Below are positions 1 to 13,729 of a stretch of DNA of 60,000 bases, in pieces. This DNA comes from Lytechinus pictus. Taxonomy: Eukaryota. The stretch lies in assembly GCF_037042905.1 (NCBI RefSeq), contig NC_087251.1, positions 20,772,001-20,832,000 on the forward strand, in the 5' to 3' direction. Under the pieces are notes generated by a model. It had not been told where the DNA came from, searched no databases, and was given only the letters and a program-made list of their open reading frames with translations. The translations under genes and the position numbers were made by a program. Each line of letters starts with the position of its first letter. Within the stretch, counting starts at the first letter, position 1.

Positions 1-734
1 TGAGTATAGGTGTCCTTCATTGGACATCCAAGATTTAACCCATGAGGACTCTAAATGAAAATATGATAGATTTCATAATATTTGAAATAGAAAACCAAAG
101 AAATGGGTATATCAATAGTATTGATATACAGTGAAATGAAATAAATATGTCCATGTCAAAACACATTAAAATATAATGAAATGATGAAATTTCATTTTCA
201 ATTTTTTATTTGCTCATAAAAATCCATACAAAAACACTACATATACAAAGTATCGTATTAACAAAATAGAAAAACAACAACAAATAGAAATAAACATTGG
301 ATTGAATATGAGAGGGACAGCAAGAAAGGAACAAATTTATAATTAAAAAAAAATCTACTTTGAAGCCTAAACCCCTACCACATACCTAACCCTAAACTTA
401 TACTTTCAGAGAAATTAAGACCAGAGCAATTGTAGTAGGAGTACATGTGGGGGGTCATTTAAAGTTTATCACATTACACGTGGCTTTGCACAGGACTGGG
501 GATCTGTTCTTGTGCCAAATTATATTGCCCTTTGAAGCTGATTCAGCACTTACAAACATGTTCAAATAAAATATATATATATTTGAAATAGAAAGACAAC
601 AATGATATTAGTATAGTGTCCCTATTTCTGCACAATGGTTCCATAAATACGCCTAAATGAAGTATCATGACATTGATGGCTTTTATAGTTGTGTTCGATT
701 TGACCAATCGCAGCTCTCAACCAATTCTACATAC

Positions 735-816
735 CTTCTTCATCCTCATATGATCCTATGTTGACGGTGTGTGTTGGTGTTACTCGGGCTGTGGCTTGAA
801 CCTCCTTATACTGTCT
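735..816 (-). CDS. GOLGA5: GOLGA5 coding exon 10
   Basis: ctattcag acceptor, gtatgt donor; RQYKEVQATARVTPTHTVNIGSYEDEE in frame. Confidence 0.8.
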
Positions 817-3800
817 CTGAATAGAGAAGCAAATAAAAATATAGACATAATAATAAGTTTTAATTCTGATAGTGATATGGAGTTGCGAAAGAAACTGTCT
901 CAAAGTAATTGGGAAAGATGTCTATCATACAACTGAGAACGGTTGTTTACTCTACGATATTACAATTGTCAAAATATCAGTTTAATAAAACTCAGCCTGA
1001 GATCACATGCACTGCACACAGGAAGGATTGAATAGAAAAGCAAACAAATAGTCATCCTGACAATTTCAAGTTTTTTCATGAATGTGACGGCATTTAAAGT
1101 GCATTCCTTTGCGGTACAAGATTTTCTAAGACATTCTCAATAAATTTCATGACAATAATCTGAAATCACACTACTTTCCCCATTCCTACAACTGGAAGTC
1201 ACATGAACCTACTGACTAGTGAATTCTTTAATTTTCTCCAGATTACTAAATTCAAGTTCACTCTTGAAGAAGAAACAAAACTCAGTCCCTGTGAGTTAAG
1301 ATTACAAAGTAAATTATCTAATTCGCTGCTAATTCCAAGTTTTTACAAGTATACCATTTCATCTCTTTAGCCCATATTCATATACAGATTCCTGAATCAG
1401 TCAGCATTAGATAGTCATTAATCTTAGACACTAAAATTATATTTAAAAATATTTCTGGAAAAAATGAATAAAAATATGTGGGGGTCTTTTTAACCATAAA
1501 GAACACGACTGGAAATCTAGTAAATATAAGGAACATAACTGCATAGCGACATTTTTAAAACTATCTATAGTAAAATCACAGATTTAAACCCTAGTTTAAC
1601 TAATAACACCTTGGTATTTCGGGACTTTGATTAAAAATGAGTTGTGACAATACCTGTAGCCTTTCAAGTTGCAATCCAAGGGAATTCTTCTCACTACTTA
1701 GAGTTTCCAGCATTGTCTGCTTCTGAATAAGGCTTTCAGTCAAAGAATGAAGACGACCTTCAAGTTCACTCTCGGAGGAACTACTCAAACTCTTGGTTTT
1801 TAACTGACGAGAGAAAGAATGCATAATCATCTCTTAATTACATTGTTTTATATTCTGAATAAATTCACATGCAGCATAACACGCTTGTGATTGGAAAGAC
1901 TGATAAAGTAGACCATTGGAATTAATTTCGCAAATGAACAGCACCATCTTGATGGAAATTCTGCTTACATTAGGAAACATATATGGATACTGGAAAGCAT
2001 CATGCATTCTAACATAAGTTTAATAGTTTACACAGGGGTTTTCTAGATCACATCAATGCAAAAATGCCCTAAGCACCACAAAATCCATCCATTGTGTTGA
2101 AAAGAAAGGCTGTTTGGTAGTTCACCCAAAGCCTGTACTGTTTCTTTTAGGAGAAATCCCCTCTAAAGTCGCTAAGCGTCTAGTACAGCAGCTTTCCCTG
2201 TATTACCCATTTTGTTGATGATAAAATGAGAGGTTTAGTGATGAGAACATGCTCCTAGGATTCCTGTGGGAAAGATGTGGGTCTCACTTTGGGTTAGGTG
2301 CCATAGCAAATTTTCTGTTCATGGTACCAGTAAAGAAAGGCCTATAGCACAATTCCTGTCCAATAAAGAAAGGGCCATTAGCACATTTTCTGTTCAACAT
2401 GTCAGAGCAGAAATGCCATTGGCACTAAATTTTCTGTGTATGGTATTATTACAGAAAAATCCTGGTAGATGACTAGTGCTACAGGCATTTCTGCACCGAT
2501 GTGATGTAAAAAACTGTTGCCTTCAAGGACTTTCTTCACTGAAGAATTGGATTAACCTGAAACAAGTAGATGTACCAATTACTTATAGATAATCAACTAA
2601 CTGCAGTACTAGATTACTGATGGTAGAGATGGAATATTTTCACAAAATCTCACAAAAGTTGTCAAACCTGGTTTCGTAACCGTTGAATATCATCCTCCCT
2701 GTCCTTGATCTTAGCCTGAAGATCCAGCCTCTGTCTGTGCATCTCTTCCTCTGAGTACCTTAACTCCTCAGACTTCCTGGCAAGGTCAGCTTCCATCTCT
2801 CTCATAGTCTGACGACCGTGGCTCGCTTGATCTTCAAGATCTCTCAACTGCTCCTGCATGCTTTCAGATTCCATTTGCTGGAGGGACTCCACCTCCTGTA
2901 AACATTTGAAGGATCAAGTGAAACATGAGCATAAAGACTGCTAACAGCAGACGATACAAGTAATGACAGGCAGATAGTATTAGAGGTAAGGTTACAACTC
3001 GACGCCTTGTAGCACCTGTATATGAAGACATATCTTCAACTCATAAAAAGTGAAATGAAAAAATTATGTCCATGTCAAAACACACACAAAGATAATGAAA
3101 CAATAATATTTATAATCAAGTCAAAATAAAAACAATTTTGAAGCCTAAACCCCTACCACACATCAAACCCTAAACTTATACTTTCAGAGAAAAAGAGAAA
3201 TTAAGACCAGAGCAATTAAGGAAGGAGTATAATTATGTGGGAGTCATTTAAAGTTGTTTGTATCACACATGACTTTACACACGACTGGTGACATGTTCTT
3301 GTGTTAATTCATATACCCCTTTAATATGAAGTTGACTTTGCATCTAAAAACATCTTCCAGTCATGCTAATAATTGGGCGCAACCAACTCTAACACAACTT
3401 TATGGAATACCAGCCAGGTCACCATCTAATACCACAAGTGCCTTTTTGCTAAAATGTTGTTATAGAAATGATTATTTGCACATATTTAATCACAACATTG
3501 TCAATATATTGACTTCTAACCCTTTTGCAATTATTTACTATTGTATAGAGTACAGGTGCTGACAATACATACAGTATGTGTTGAAGTAAATATCTGAAAC
3601 CAAATGGTCTCTCACAACTTTGACCTTCTTTTCAAATCGATCATCATTTTACCTGCAAATCCATTTTCAGTTGTTCCATCTTGATATTAACCTGTTGCAA
3701 TTCTTCCCTCAACATGTCTCTCTCATTCTTAACTTCCTCTAGCTCATAAGAGACAGCTGCTGATCCTTCGATTCCACCAGCCCCTTCTTTCAGACTAGAG

Positions 3801-6800
3801 ATAAGCTTGTCCTTGGACTGAAAATTAAAAAGTAATAAATCAAATTACCAAGAGCAAATGCCAGATAATCATGTATGTTATATCCAAATCCTACAAGTAC
3901 ATCCAAATTGTTAACCTTTGACACAGTGGCCTATATAATGAAATCTGGCTGAATCATGTCATGGTCTACTTTGCTGAAATCATACAAAGCCTGATATATT
4001 TGTTCACACTTTATTCGGTTTAAGTTACTTTTGTCCCATGCTTCAATGATTTTAATAAACTTCTGGCTGAGAGTACTGCTTAATTCACATATGAAATTTG
4101 TGAGTATATAAAGATCTAAATTAATGCTTTGAATTTATTGCTAGTATAATTTCATATGAGTGGAGAATAGTCTTCAATTAAGTTCAGTATTAAACAAACA
4201 ACCAGTGACTTGCAAAACTAACCTGAAGAATTCTTGTGGCCTTTTGTTTGTAGTCCGTTAGCTCTCGTTTTGCTTCTTCTGCACTGTTCTTTATCGTTCT
4301 TAGTTGTTCTGACAGCTCTTTGGAATGTGCTAACAGGTAGGAAAGAATTGATTACAAATTATTTCATTGCTGGGATGAATAGCTAAGATTAAATTCAATA
4401 ATTTGTGAAACTTTACAAGATGGGGGACCAATCTTAAAGTTACCCATGACTTTGGGCATGACAAACATGTTGTGCCATTCCTCTTCATAGACTACATGTA
4501 TACCACATTAACACAATGGTCATCAGTCAATGTCATACATATTCAGTCTGACGAACAGCTTTCAAAATTGGCCTGGTGGGGGGGGGATGATTCACAAAGA
4601 GTTAAGAGTAAGTTAACGTCCATCTTCCATGTGATATATCACACAGTACCACATGAGTCAGACCGTGCTAGGGGAACATACTCCACAGTATACTCATCAA
4701 TGAGAAAAGTGTTATTAACCAGGTGGGTGTTTCATAAAGCTGTTCGTAAGTTAAGAGTGTCTTTAAGAACGACTGGTGATCATTTCTTATGGTAAATGGT
4801 ACATACCAAAATGTTCATTAGGGATGGTTTAGCGCGTAAGAAAGGATAACAGTCGTTCTTAAAGTCGCTCTTAACTTACTAACAGCTTTATGAAACGGCC
4901 CCCAGGTGCATGTTTGGCTATCCAAATCTATCAGAAACTTTTTGTTAAAGAACATTCCACAAACCTCGTCTGTTGAGGCTATTGTTTCAAATAAAATTTT
5001 CTTTCCATCATATTTGAGTGTGCAAAACACTTTTTTTTTTTCAAAATTCAGAAGCATATAACTATGTTATGTTGTAAAATAGACCAAATAAGAATCATTA
5101 CCTTTTTCATCAGCAAGTTTCTTCTGAGTTGAGGAAAGGGAATCTGCTAATGTACGCTGCTCCATTTCAATCTTTCCTTGCCTTTCCATGAATTCCGTCT
5201 ACAAAAAGAAAATCATAATGAAAATGCAGTCGGTGAAAAAATATTACTCACAACCCGAGACAGCCTGCTTTCTAGGTTTCTTAAAAAATCTACTGGAAAG
5301 CCTCTAAAATGCCTCAAATTACTGAGAAAATATGGTCATATTCTTGAAACAGTCTCTGGGTAGATAGATATTCAATTCCATATTCCTATTGTAAAAATAC
5401 AAAGATAGTAACAGCTATACTTACTGACATATACACTTGATTTTATGCATGGGAATAAATCTGAATCTTTGATTTTTAACATTACTTCTATTTCCTAGCC
5501 ATTCATTAATAAATTTGAAATGAGTTTATATTCTTATTCAGATTCAGTAGGACAATAAGTCCCAATGATATTGAGAGACATAACAGAGTACTAGCGGTTG
5601 AATATTGACATTTGGTAATTTATGAAAGGTAATGAATCATGTAGAGCATGAATGAGTATACTTACTTGAGCCAACCTGTACGATTCATGTTCTCTTTTCA
5701 ATGCCTGCTCAGATTCGAAGAGCTTATCATTGATTGAATCTAACGCATGACTCTGCATCCCACTGGAATCACTATGATCTCGTAGTATTCTGTAACAAAG
5801 TTAAACATGAAGAAGAATACTCTCATTGTATACAAATTATTTCTTTATAGTTTATACCCAGTAAAAAAATTAAACATGATAATCAGTGAGATATCAGAAT
5901 ACACTTTGTTACAATTTTGGGAAAATATGTCAAGAATCCCATCGATTCTGTATATATGTATTTCAAGAGATTATAAAGTCATTGTATCTTACACACAATG
6001 TTAAGAAAAACAGGCATGGACCTTGCTTCATAAAGCTTGTTTAAAGATAAGTATCAATTGTGGTAACAATCTCAAAAAGAATCCTATGAAACTACCACCA
6101 AAGTGTTTGCATGTATAAATGAAAATATGTGCCAAATAGCTCTGGAATTCCATCATATGTCGGGTATTTTTCGAAGCAATATTAATACACTGTCCCACAT
6201 ATGCTTTTCTGTGTTAGGGATCATCATTATTATTGATTTTGAGCTAAGATTTTCATGAATTTACATACGAAGATAAGTTTAAATTAATGTACCAGATCTA
6301 GATGTATGATAATTTGACAATTAACCTTGATTTAAAAGACTTTCTCGAAAAAGAATTGTTTGCTGCAACTACTGTCTTTTACCTTTAAAATAAAAAGTTA
6401 AGGTTAAAAGTGAAATATGATTGGCTAAAACATGTTTATCACTCTGTAAATCTTGTAATCATCATTATTGAAAAATATGCTTGCATAATTTTCTACAATA
6501 TGATATGAATGCATAAGTAAATTCAATCTCAAACACATCACGGTAAAAAAAGTCATAAAAATAAGCATGCAGAATATTAATGCACCAAAAGTAATAAAAT
6601 TTTATTTTAATGATCTTATCTTAAAAGTACATGGTGAAAATATTCAACATTACAAAATCAAGCAAACTGAACAATAATATAAAACGTCTGTAATTTCATA
6701 AAATAATCCATCAAACATAATAGTGTACCTCTGCTTCTCCTCTTGTAAAGTATCTACAAATTGTTGCTTTGTCTTGATAGTTTGATCAGCTTCCTGTAAT

Positions 6801-9800
6801 CTCACTCGAAGAACAGCTAATTGGGAGTTCTTGGCACTGATTTCTTCATTCAAATCATCCTCATGAAGACGTAACTGACGGACTACAGCATCAGAGTTGG
6901 CTATTTGGGTCTGACGACGTTTCAACTCATCCTTAAGTTGGTTCAATTCTACAAATAAAAAAATTTAAAAAAACTCCTCAGGATAGGCAATACAATATTG
7001 AGTAGTACACTATAGCTAGGGTCATTCATCTTTTATAGTTAATCGTACAAACAATGCATTTAATTTAGAGTCATGCTAAGCCTTACTATTGAACTGTGAA
7101 AATCTACGTGTTCAAATCTGTTTTTATTTAGATATTAGACATGGGGACCCCATTGCATAATAATTTCCTATATTAGTACCACTACAATTCATAATATCAT
7201 TCGGGAAATTCTTCAATCTCATTAGCTGATGAGTAAGATCATGACGGTTATTGTCAATTGATGGCAGTGTTTATTTCAATTTTTTTATATTAAGGGGCCA
7301 AGATGGAGTGATAATCTTCCATTCAAAGCTCATTTATCTTCATTCCCATGAGCATAACAAAATACAGTAAAACAATAGTTGTTAGCAATTCTTCTCAGTT
7401 TTTTTTTAAACCTGAATCAGGAAGAGAGTGGATGTTTAGATTTAGAATAAAATGGGTGCTCCTTTGGAAACCAGATTGCATTTCCAATACAGGAGTGCAC
7501 AGGGCCTTACCAAATTAGATGAAAGTAGAAAAAGAATGGACTAAACTATGGTTGTTGATAAATTTCACTATTATTGTCTTTAACCTGCAAATTAATCAGG
7601 ATTGTGGTCATTACAGACTTCAATATCTTATGGAACAGCCCTTGCGTCAACAACCTGGGGCCCATTTCATAAAGAGTTGCTATCATAGCAAGTTGCTATG
7701 ATAGCAACTTGCTATGATAGCAACTTTTGCTTGCTATGCTAGCAACTTTGCATTTCATAAAAGCACATTCGCTGGAAAGTCAGCTTGACTTTCCAGCTAT
7801 TTATTTGAATAGTCATGTACGAGGCTGATTAGGGGGAAATCCCCTTTCTCTCCAGTTTTTTGTTTTCAATTCAAGTCATAAGTTTAGGTAGAAAGCACTG
7901 GCGGATCCAGGGGGGGGGGGCACAGCCGGCCCGTGGCCCCCCCCCCCCCCCCACCTTTGAGAAGCAAAATTAGAAGAAAAAAAATTGAAAGAGAATATTA
8001 TTATTTTTTTTTGCTTATTTATTTTTTCGGGAGCGAAATTATTATTTAGCAGCTGCAAACAGGGTCTGCAGCATAAGACTAGCAGTTGAAGCAGAGTGAT
8101 GGCTCTATGGCGATAGTTTGCAATTCTAGAAGAGAGTAAGAAGAAAATATAAATTTGTCACAGGATGGCATAGCATTGTTTCTCCATTGTGTAAGTTTTC
8201 AGAGAATTGATTTAATTTAGCCCTTTGCCAGGGAAAAAATTATTTTAAAGGGGAATCCAACCCAAATAAAAACTTGTTTTTATAAGGAAAAAAAAATCAG
8301 ACAAGTTGATAGGTGAAAATTTGAACAATATTGGACAAAGAACAAGAAAGTTATGAATTTTTGAATGTTGTAAATATTGGTAATCACTATACCCATGGAG
8401 ACTTCAAATTGGCCGCATATGGGATGTCATAGTGATGTAAGGCAAGGACTACTCTTCCATGTACTCCAATACATATTATGGCTAAAATGTCATTTTTCCC
8501 AAAAGTTTTATTTCACATTATATTTTTCTTTCATGAGGACATTAAACAATATACTACCTGGGTTATATTTTGATTACTGCCCCAGGGGAATGGGTACTTA
8601 GGAGAAAACCACAAATCCCTGATAATAAAGTACATGGCCTGTGGGAAAGTTGTCCTTGCCCCTTGTCATAATTTACTTTCTCAGTTGCCAATTTGAAATC
8701 TACATAGTATTAGTGATCTCAATTTTAAAGCAGCTATAACTTTATTATTGCTTGTCCGATTTCTTTCAAACTTTCACCATTCTGTTTAATTTATTTTTCT
8801 CCTTCCCAACACAACATTTTATGGCCAAGGCTTATTAATGCCGGTCGAAATTTCACCTTCAACAAATTTTCTACCGTACAAGTTTAATCCCAGTCCCACA
8901 CTTGACTATTTGTGTCGGTAATGCAAGGTTGTATCAACAACAAGGCAGGCGGCGGCCCACTGCTGTATGATCACCCTGAAGCAAGTAAATTTGTAGGCTC
9001 TAATTATGCATGAAACATCAAAAATGACCATAAAAGATTATTTTTGTTCAAAATGGAAATGATTTTTAAGTTATCGGTTTCAACGGTGAATAACCATTCA
9101 GTAAATGGATTCAACAATGCCATGCCCATGGCCACAACTTTTTTTTTTTGGAGAAAGTCAGAAACAGAAAAAAAAAGCAATCATTTTTTTATCGCATACA
9201 TTCGTAATTCCGAAGCTTCATTATTCCGAAGGTTCGTTAGTCCGAAAACGAAGTGAGGTTCGTAATTCCGAAGGTTCGTTAATCCGAAAACGAAATGGTT
9301 AACGAACGTTATTTCGTTTTCGGATTAACGAACCTTCGGAACAACGAACCTTATTTCGTTCTTTGATTAACGAACCTTCGGAACATCAAACCTTATTTCG
9401 TTATCGGATTGTCGAACCTTCGGAATAACGCCACAAATGTTCGGATTAACAAACCCTTTTACGTTTTCAGATTAACGAACATCGAGGTATAGGCAATTTA
9501 CGTGTTTCGGAATTACGAAGTGTAACCTTTTTTATGGCCTAGGGCTTTTTTAATTTAGGCCTTGAATTAAACACTTCCACATAATAGATCTATATACCTT
9601 CCTCTATTTTTTCTCACAAGAAAAAAAATCCTCTCAATTTTTTTATTTTTTAAATGTCTATAACCTCCCTTTTTTTCCCTTTGCCTGCCCTGGGAAAGAC
9701 TGAAAAATTTGCTGTTTCGGAGGAATTTTTTAACATTTTTTTTTTTGGGGGGGTAGGTAGAACAAAAAAAAGAAACAGCATTTCTACTAGAAAGCATTAC

Positions 9801-12038
9801 ATTAATATTTTCTTTATTAGCATTATCACAGACATTGCTCTAAATATCTGTTCTCTTGTAAGAGCCATTTGGGCATGCCTGAGCACAACGTACACCATTC
9901 TTAACAATGAAAAACCCTTTACAGTGTCAACTTGACGCTCCCCCATGACCAGCGTCAAATATTTAACCCTATTTGACGCTCCAGTAACCATACTTGTCGC
10001 TCCAGTAAAAAGTTGACGCTCCTACTGGAGCGTCAACTTTTTATGAAATGCGCTGCAGCGTCAAATACTTAATTTGACGCTGCAGGTGAAAATTTGACGC
10101 TGTTTTGGGACTTGACGCTGACGCTGTACCTTTATGAAATAGGCCCCAGAACACAGGACAAGCTGTAATACAGGGCTTACCACTGTTGGCTTTCTTGGTG
10201 CGCTCTAGGGCTGATGTCATCTCATGATTGAGAGAAGAGACTTCTTGACGAAGCAGCTTATTCTCTAGCTCCAACGATGAGAGCTGCTGTGACTGAGGAT
10301 TTTCATGGAGTCGCCCTGGTATAGTCTCTGCTGGTACTTCACCGGGTGAGGTATCATTGCTGTTCGGCTCACTGGATTCTTGGTGCTCTTCTATAAAACA
10401 GGAAACATAAAAACGAGGCTTCTAACAATAGCTACATGTAGAACAAACCTACAAAATCTGAGAAAACAAACTTCCCAAATGCACTTTTTTTTTAATTCTT
10501 CAGTTTCTTGCACACTCGTGCCTTACCAAATCATGTGATTGAAATTATTCCATGATATTTTTCAGAAAAAAAGTGGACAAATGCCTCTTATATAAGGTTC
10601 AGAAAAACAACATTGAAAAATCAGCATGATTATTATAGTCAATCATCAGGGTTTTTTAATGACATCACTACGATTTGGAATACTTCAATTTTACACCTTC
10701 AAGGTAGCCAAGAGTAACCCAGCATTTTATTTTCGGTATTCTCTCAAATTTTTTAAACAGTGTAATTTTTACTTATTCAGGGCTCACATTTTTTTGCAAA
10801 ATTAAGTGAAAATTGAATATTATTTATATATTTAGCATGCATCAAATGCAATCAAAGAAAACTAAAGCACTCAGTACATTAAAGGACAAGTCTGCCCCAA
10901 AGTTGATTTGAATAAAAAGACAACAACAAAAATCCAACAAACAAAACGCTAAAAACTAAATCAAATTTGGATGTAAAATAAGAAAGTTATGACATTTTAA
11001 AGTTTCACTTTATTTCACAAAACAGTTATGCACATCCTGGTAAGTATGCGAAGGAAAGGACTAATGACATCAGACACTCACTATTTCTATTGTACTTCAT
11101 CAAATTTCAATCTTCTCCTCATTGTCATGTGAATATGAATATGTGGAATTACTATTTTGTGGTTCAGTCAATTTGGCAATTTTTTGTCAAATTTGAAAAA
11201 AAAAAGAAATTCTGTACAATTCAAACAATTCAAACAATAAAAAACAAAAGGAATAGTGAGGGACATCATCAAATTATCTCATTTGCATACCACTGAGACG
11301 GAGTTGTACATACAACTGTTTACTGAAAAATAAGCAAAATCCCAAAATGTCATAACTTTCTTATTTTACATACGATTTGGATGAAATTTTCAGTTACACT
11401 TATTTGATATTTCTGATTCAAATCAACATTTTTCTGGAGTGGATTTGACCTTTAATCTAATATTTGAAAACAGATCATTCCAGATGATAAAAGTTACCTT
11501 GTTGTTGATGTGGAATGACAACAAAGCCAGCATTGGTAGCAATGCTACTCTCAGTTCGAGCACTCTTAATAGAGATATTTGAAGAGGTGCTGGATTGTCT
11601 TGAATGACGGCCGCTCGTATTCCCATTAGATTTCTTCCTCTTCTCTTGAGAAGACGTGGAAGGGCTATTTAAGAATTCAAAAAGTTTTTCATCATCGTCT
11701 TCCTTCTTTGATTTACTGGTTGCAGAGGTTGGAGTCCTTGCTCTTTGTGCCTGCTGTCCGGCTAGAGGGGATGATGATATTGCACTCTCGCTTGAAGTTC
11801 TTTTTATGTTAGCACTGCCAGCTAGGTCTGTAGCAGAAAGGTTCATAGGTGTGATGGGACTTTGTGAAACTGATGCCGAAGAAGCAGATGAGAAGTGTCC
11901 GGAATCTGCTGGAAGACTCTGATGCATCAGTTGGCCCTGTCTGGAGCCTTTCTCTTCATCTTTATTTCCTATTGCTTGGGATGCGGACTGATCCAAGTTG
12001 TTGAGGAAACTTTCTGCACCTTTTAAAACCCACGCCAT
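735..12038 (-). CDS. GOLGA5: Golgin subfamily A member 5 (golgin-84), 3'-partial; complement(join(735..816,1654..1803,2668..2895,3653..3817,4223..4329,5102..5198,5666..5789,6729..6948,10181..10390,11498..12038))
   Basis: Ten GT-AG exons splice in consistent phase. Golgin-84 hallmarks: N-terminal MAWVLKGAESFLNNLDQ, LSSLELENKLLRQEVSSLNHEM, ELTDYKQKATRILQSKDKLISSLKEG, ELEGRLHSLTESLIQKQTMLETLSSEKNSL. The C-terminal transmembrane exon(s) lie before position 1. Confidence 0.95.
1654..1803 (-). CDS. GOLGA5: GOLGA5 coding exon 9
   Basis: cag/gtattg; LKTKSLSSSSESELEGRLHSLTESLIQKQTMLETLSSEKNSLGLQLERLQ. Confidence 0.93.
2033..2517. mobile_element. Old MITE with ~40-bp imperfect TIRs
   Basis: gttttctagatcacatcaatgcaaaaatgccctaagcac versus the reverse complement of the right end gttttttacatcacatcggtgcagaaatgcctgtagcac. 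Confidence 0.6.
2668..2895 (-). CDS. GOLGA5: GOLGA5 coding exon 8
   Basis: cag/gtttga; EVESLQQMESE...IKDREDDIQRLRNQ. Confidence 0.92.
3653..3817 (-). CDS. GOLGA5: GOLGA5 coding exon 7
   Basis: cag/gtaaaa; SKDKLISSLKEGAGG...ELEEVKNERDMLREELQQ. Confidence 0.92.
4223..4329 (-). CDS. GOLGA5: GOLGA5 coding exon 6
   Basis: tag/gttagt; AKRELTDYKQKATRILQ. Confidence 0.92.
4722..4902. mobile_element. Foldback MITE with GGGCCCGTTTCATAAAG-type termini (PIF/Harbinger-like, tentative)
   Basis: ~55-bp inverted arms (gtttcataaagctgttcgtaagttaagag... / ...ctcttaacttactaacagctttatgaaac); related termini at ~7657, ~10130-10149, ~33364 and 40304. Confidence 0.7.
5102..5198 (-). CDS. GOLGA5: GOLGA5 coding exon 5
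   Basis: tag/gtaat; TEFMERQGKIEMEQRTLADSLSSTQKKLADEK. Confidence 0.9.
5666..5789 (-). CDS. GOLGA5: GOLGA5 coding exon 4
   Basis: cag/gtaagt; ILRDHSDSSGMQSHALDSINDKLFESEQALKREHESYRLAQ (not in the ORF track). Confidence 0.9.
6729..6948 (-). CDS. GOLGA5: GOLGA5 coding exon 3
   Basis: Phase-consistent splice sites; DDLNEEISAKNSQLAVLRVRLQEADQ. Confidence 0.92.
7655..7800. repeat. MITE fragment with tandem palindromic TTGCTATGATAGCAA units
   Basis: ggggcccatttcataaag terminus followed by repeated ttgctat(c/g)atagcaa. Confidence 0.6.
8249..8830. mobile_element. Kolobok/T2-type MITE, right terminus eroded
   Basis: TTAA+AGGGGAATCC start; internal inverted arms (ggacaaagaacaagaaagttat / ataactttattattgcttgtcc). 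Confidence 0.6.
9197..9527. mobile_element. MITE-like element built from inverted arrays of cgaaccttcgga units
   Basis: Terminal ttcgtaattccgaa / ttcggaattacgaa; cgaaggttcg units on the left, cgaaccttcg units on the right. Confidence 0.65.
9925..10149. repeat. MITE remnant with repeated TTGACGCT/AGCGTCAA motif
   Basis: About ten copies of the motif in both orientations, ending tttatgaaataggccccag. Confidence 0.6.
10181..10390 (-). CDS. GOLGA5: GOLGA5 coding exon 2
   Basis: tag acceptor, gtaag donor; SQQLSSLELENKLLRQEVSSLNHEMTSALERTKK. Confidence 0.92.
10883..11451. mobile_element. Kolobok/T2-type MITE (same family as 24860-25463, opposite orientation)
   Basis: TTAA TSDs at 10879 and 11452; AGG...CCT termini; long imperfect TIRs. 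Confidence 0.8.
11498..12038 (-). CDS. GOLGA5: GOLGA5 first coding exon
   Basis: ATG at 12038, acceptor ttattacag just upstream (exon starts 12075), donor gtaac at 11497; MAWVLKGAESFLNNLDQ followed by a Ser-rich region. Confidence 0.9.
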
Positions 12039-13729
12039 GCTCAAAAAAGATTTTCAACTACCGCCCAGCTCGTACCTGTAATAAAAAAAAATCAAATATA
12101 AAGTTGAGATCATTGTTTTTATAGATGGAAATCAAGTAATTTTATAATTATACACATCAAAAGATTTTTTTTTAAATATTCAAGGGATATATACAATATG
12201 GAAATCATACAAAGAAATATTATTCATAGCTAATATCTGGGCATTCATTAGATATGATGAAATTGTTGCTATAAAGATACAACCTTGCATAGACCAATCA
12301 CATGCACCAGCAAAAAGTTTAAATTTTCACATTGACTGCTGAGACATGGATTGATGAGCAAGTGTTCATTATCTTTGCCAGAAAAATTACTATGACAAAA
12401 ATTCAATGTGTCATTTGCATAATACAGTCAGATTTGTCTGCCAAATATACACTGTAGTGCTGAATCATGTTGACCAAAAATGGTCAACCTTTTGCTTTGA
12501 CCGAGTTAATTGCAAATCCAACAGTTTCTATCTTGATTTAAGAATGGTATCATGTAAAAGAGTGAATTCTGGTCTTCTTTTTTACAAACCTGCATTACAT
12601 TTCACTGAGAAAGAAAAATATTGGGAAAATAGGAAATGCTCATTATTTCTTATGAAAAGTTCATAGATTAGCCAACTCAGGTGATGGTTCGTGTACGCTA
12701 CACTTCCTCGAACCATCAGGGTAAATCCTTAGAAATTTTACCATCAATTTACAGCTTGAACATTGTTAGAAAATAAGTATGAAGGGGGGGGGGGGCATGT
12801 CTGCACACCTAAAAATTTAGATTAAACATGAATTTCTTTTTATTCCGCAAAAATTTTCAGATGATTGTTCCTTATAAAGTGTGCCAAAAATCTTATAAAA
12901 AATTGAAATGATAGTTGTTGCATGTCTTCTTTAGAAATGTGCAGATACAAGTGTATGCAGATTGAGGCACTGCGCAGACATGTGGCACCTTACCAAATAA
13001 TTGATTAAAAAATGAATTTATCAGTCATTTTTAAGAAGTAGTGATAAACAACTAGTAACTCTGTTTCCATGGTTCTATCAGTCTAAAAATTTAGAACCCA
13101 TACTGGGTACGGTCGCACCCATTTCTTTGCTAATTTGAAAACATCACAATGTGTGCGTGGCAGGCAGTCATGACATGGCAATACTTGTGACTGCGAATGC
13201 AATATTTTCATATCTGGGAATGAATTTATAGATTCAAATTAGTCTAGATCTATTGTCTATGGACTCATGACTAATGCATGAAGAAATAGGCAAGGGTTTC
13301 AAATCATTGATTTCTAGGCATATAGAACCAAGAAAAAGGAGTGACCTGGAGCTAGAAATGACAATATAATTTCTAACGCTAGTGTTTTTTTTGTGTGTGT
13401 GCTTATCTTTGAAAACTGACAGTTTAAATCAAGATAAATTCGCAATTGATGTTCCAAATATTATGGAAATTATGAATATGATAAAATTATTTCATATTTA
13501 CCAACCGTATTCTTTGCATCGCATTTGCCACATGATTCCGGACGGGTAAAAATATTCTTGATTAATAATGATGTAACTCATGAAAGAAAGTATTAGTGTG
13601 ATTTTTCTCTTCATATATCATATCATGAGTAAATTCTAAGTGTTTGATTGCTTTTTTATATCGCATCTTGGCTAAATAATTTTATTTTTTTCTAGTTAAC
13701 TGCATTTTCCATGGCACTTTCCAATATTA

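Noticed and set aside
9197..9527. Heat-shock element cluster (many GAAccTTC)
   Set aside because: The third unit is out of register (TTC-g-GAA), and the motifs are internal repeats of a MITE.
11656..11922. Antisense ORFs over GOLGA5 and ACP7 exons (also 23912-24097)
   Set aside because: Shadow frames of real coding exons.
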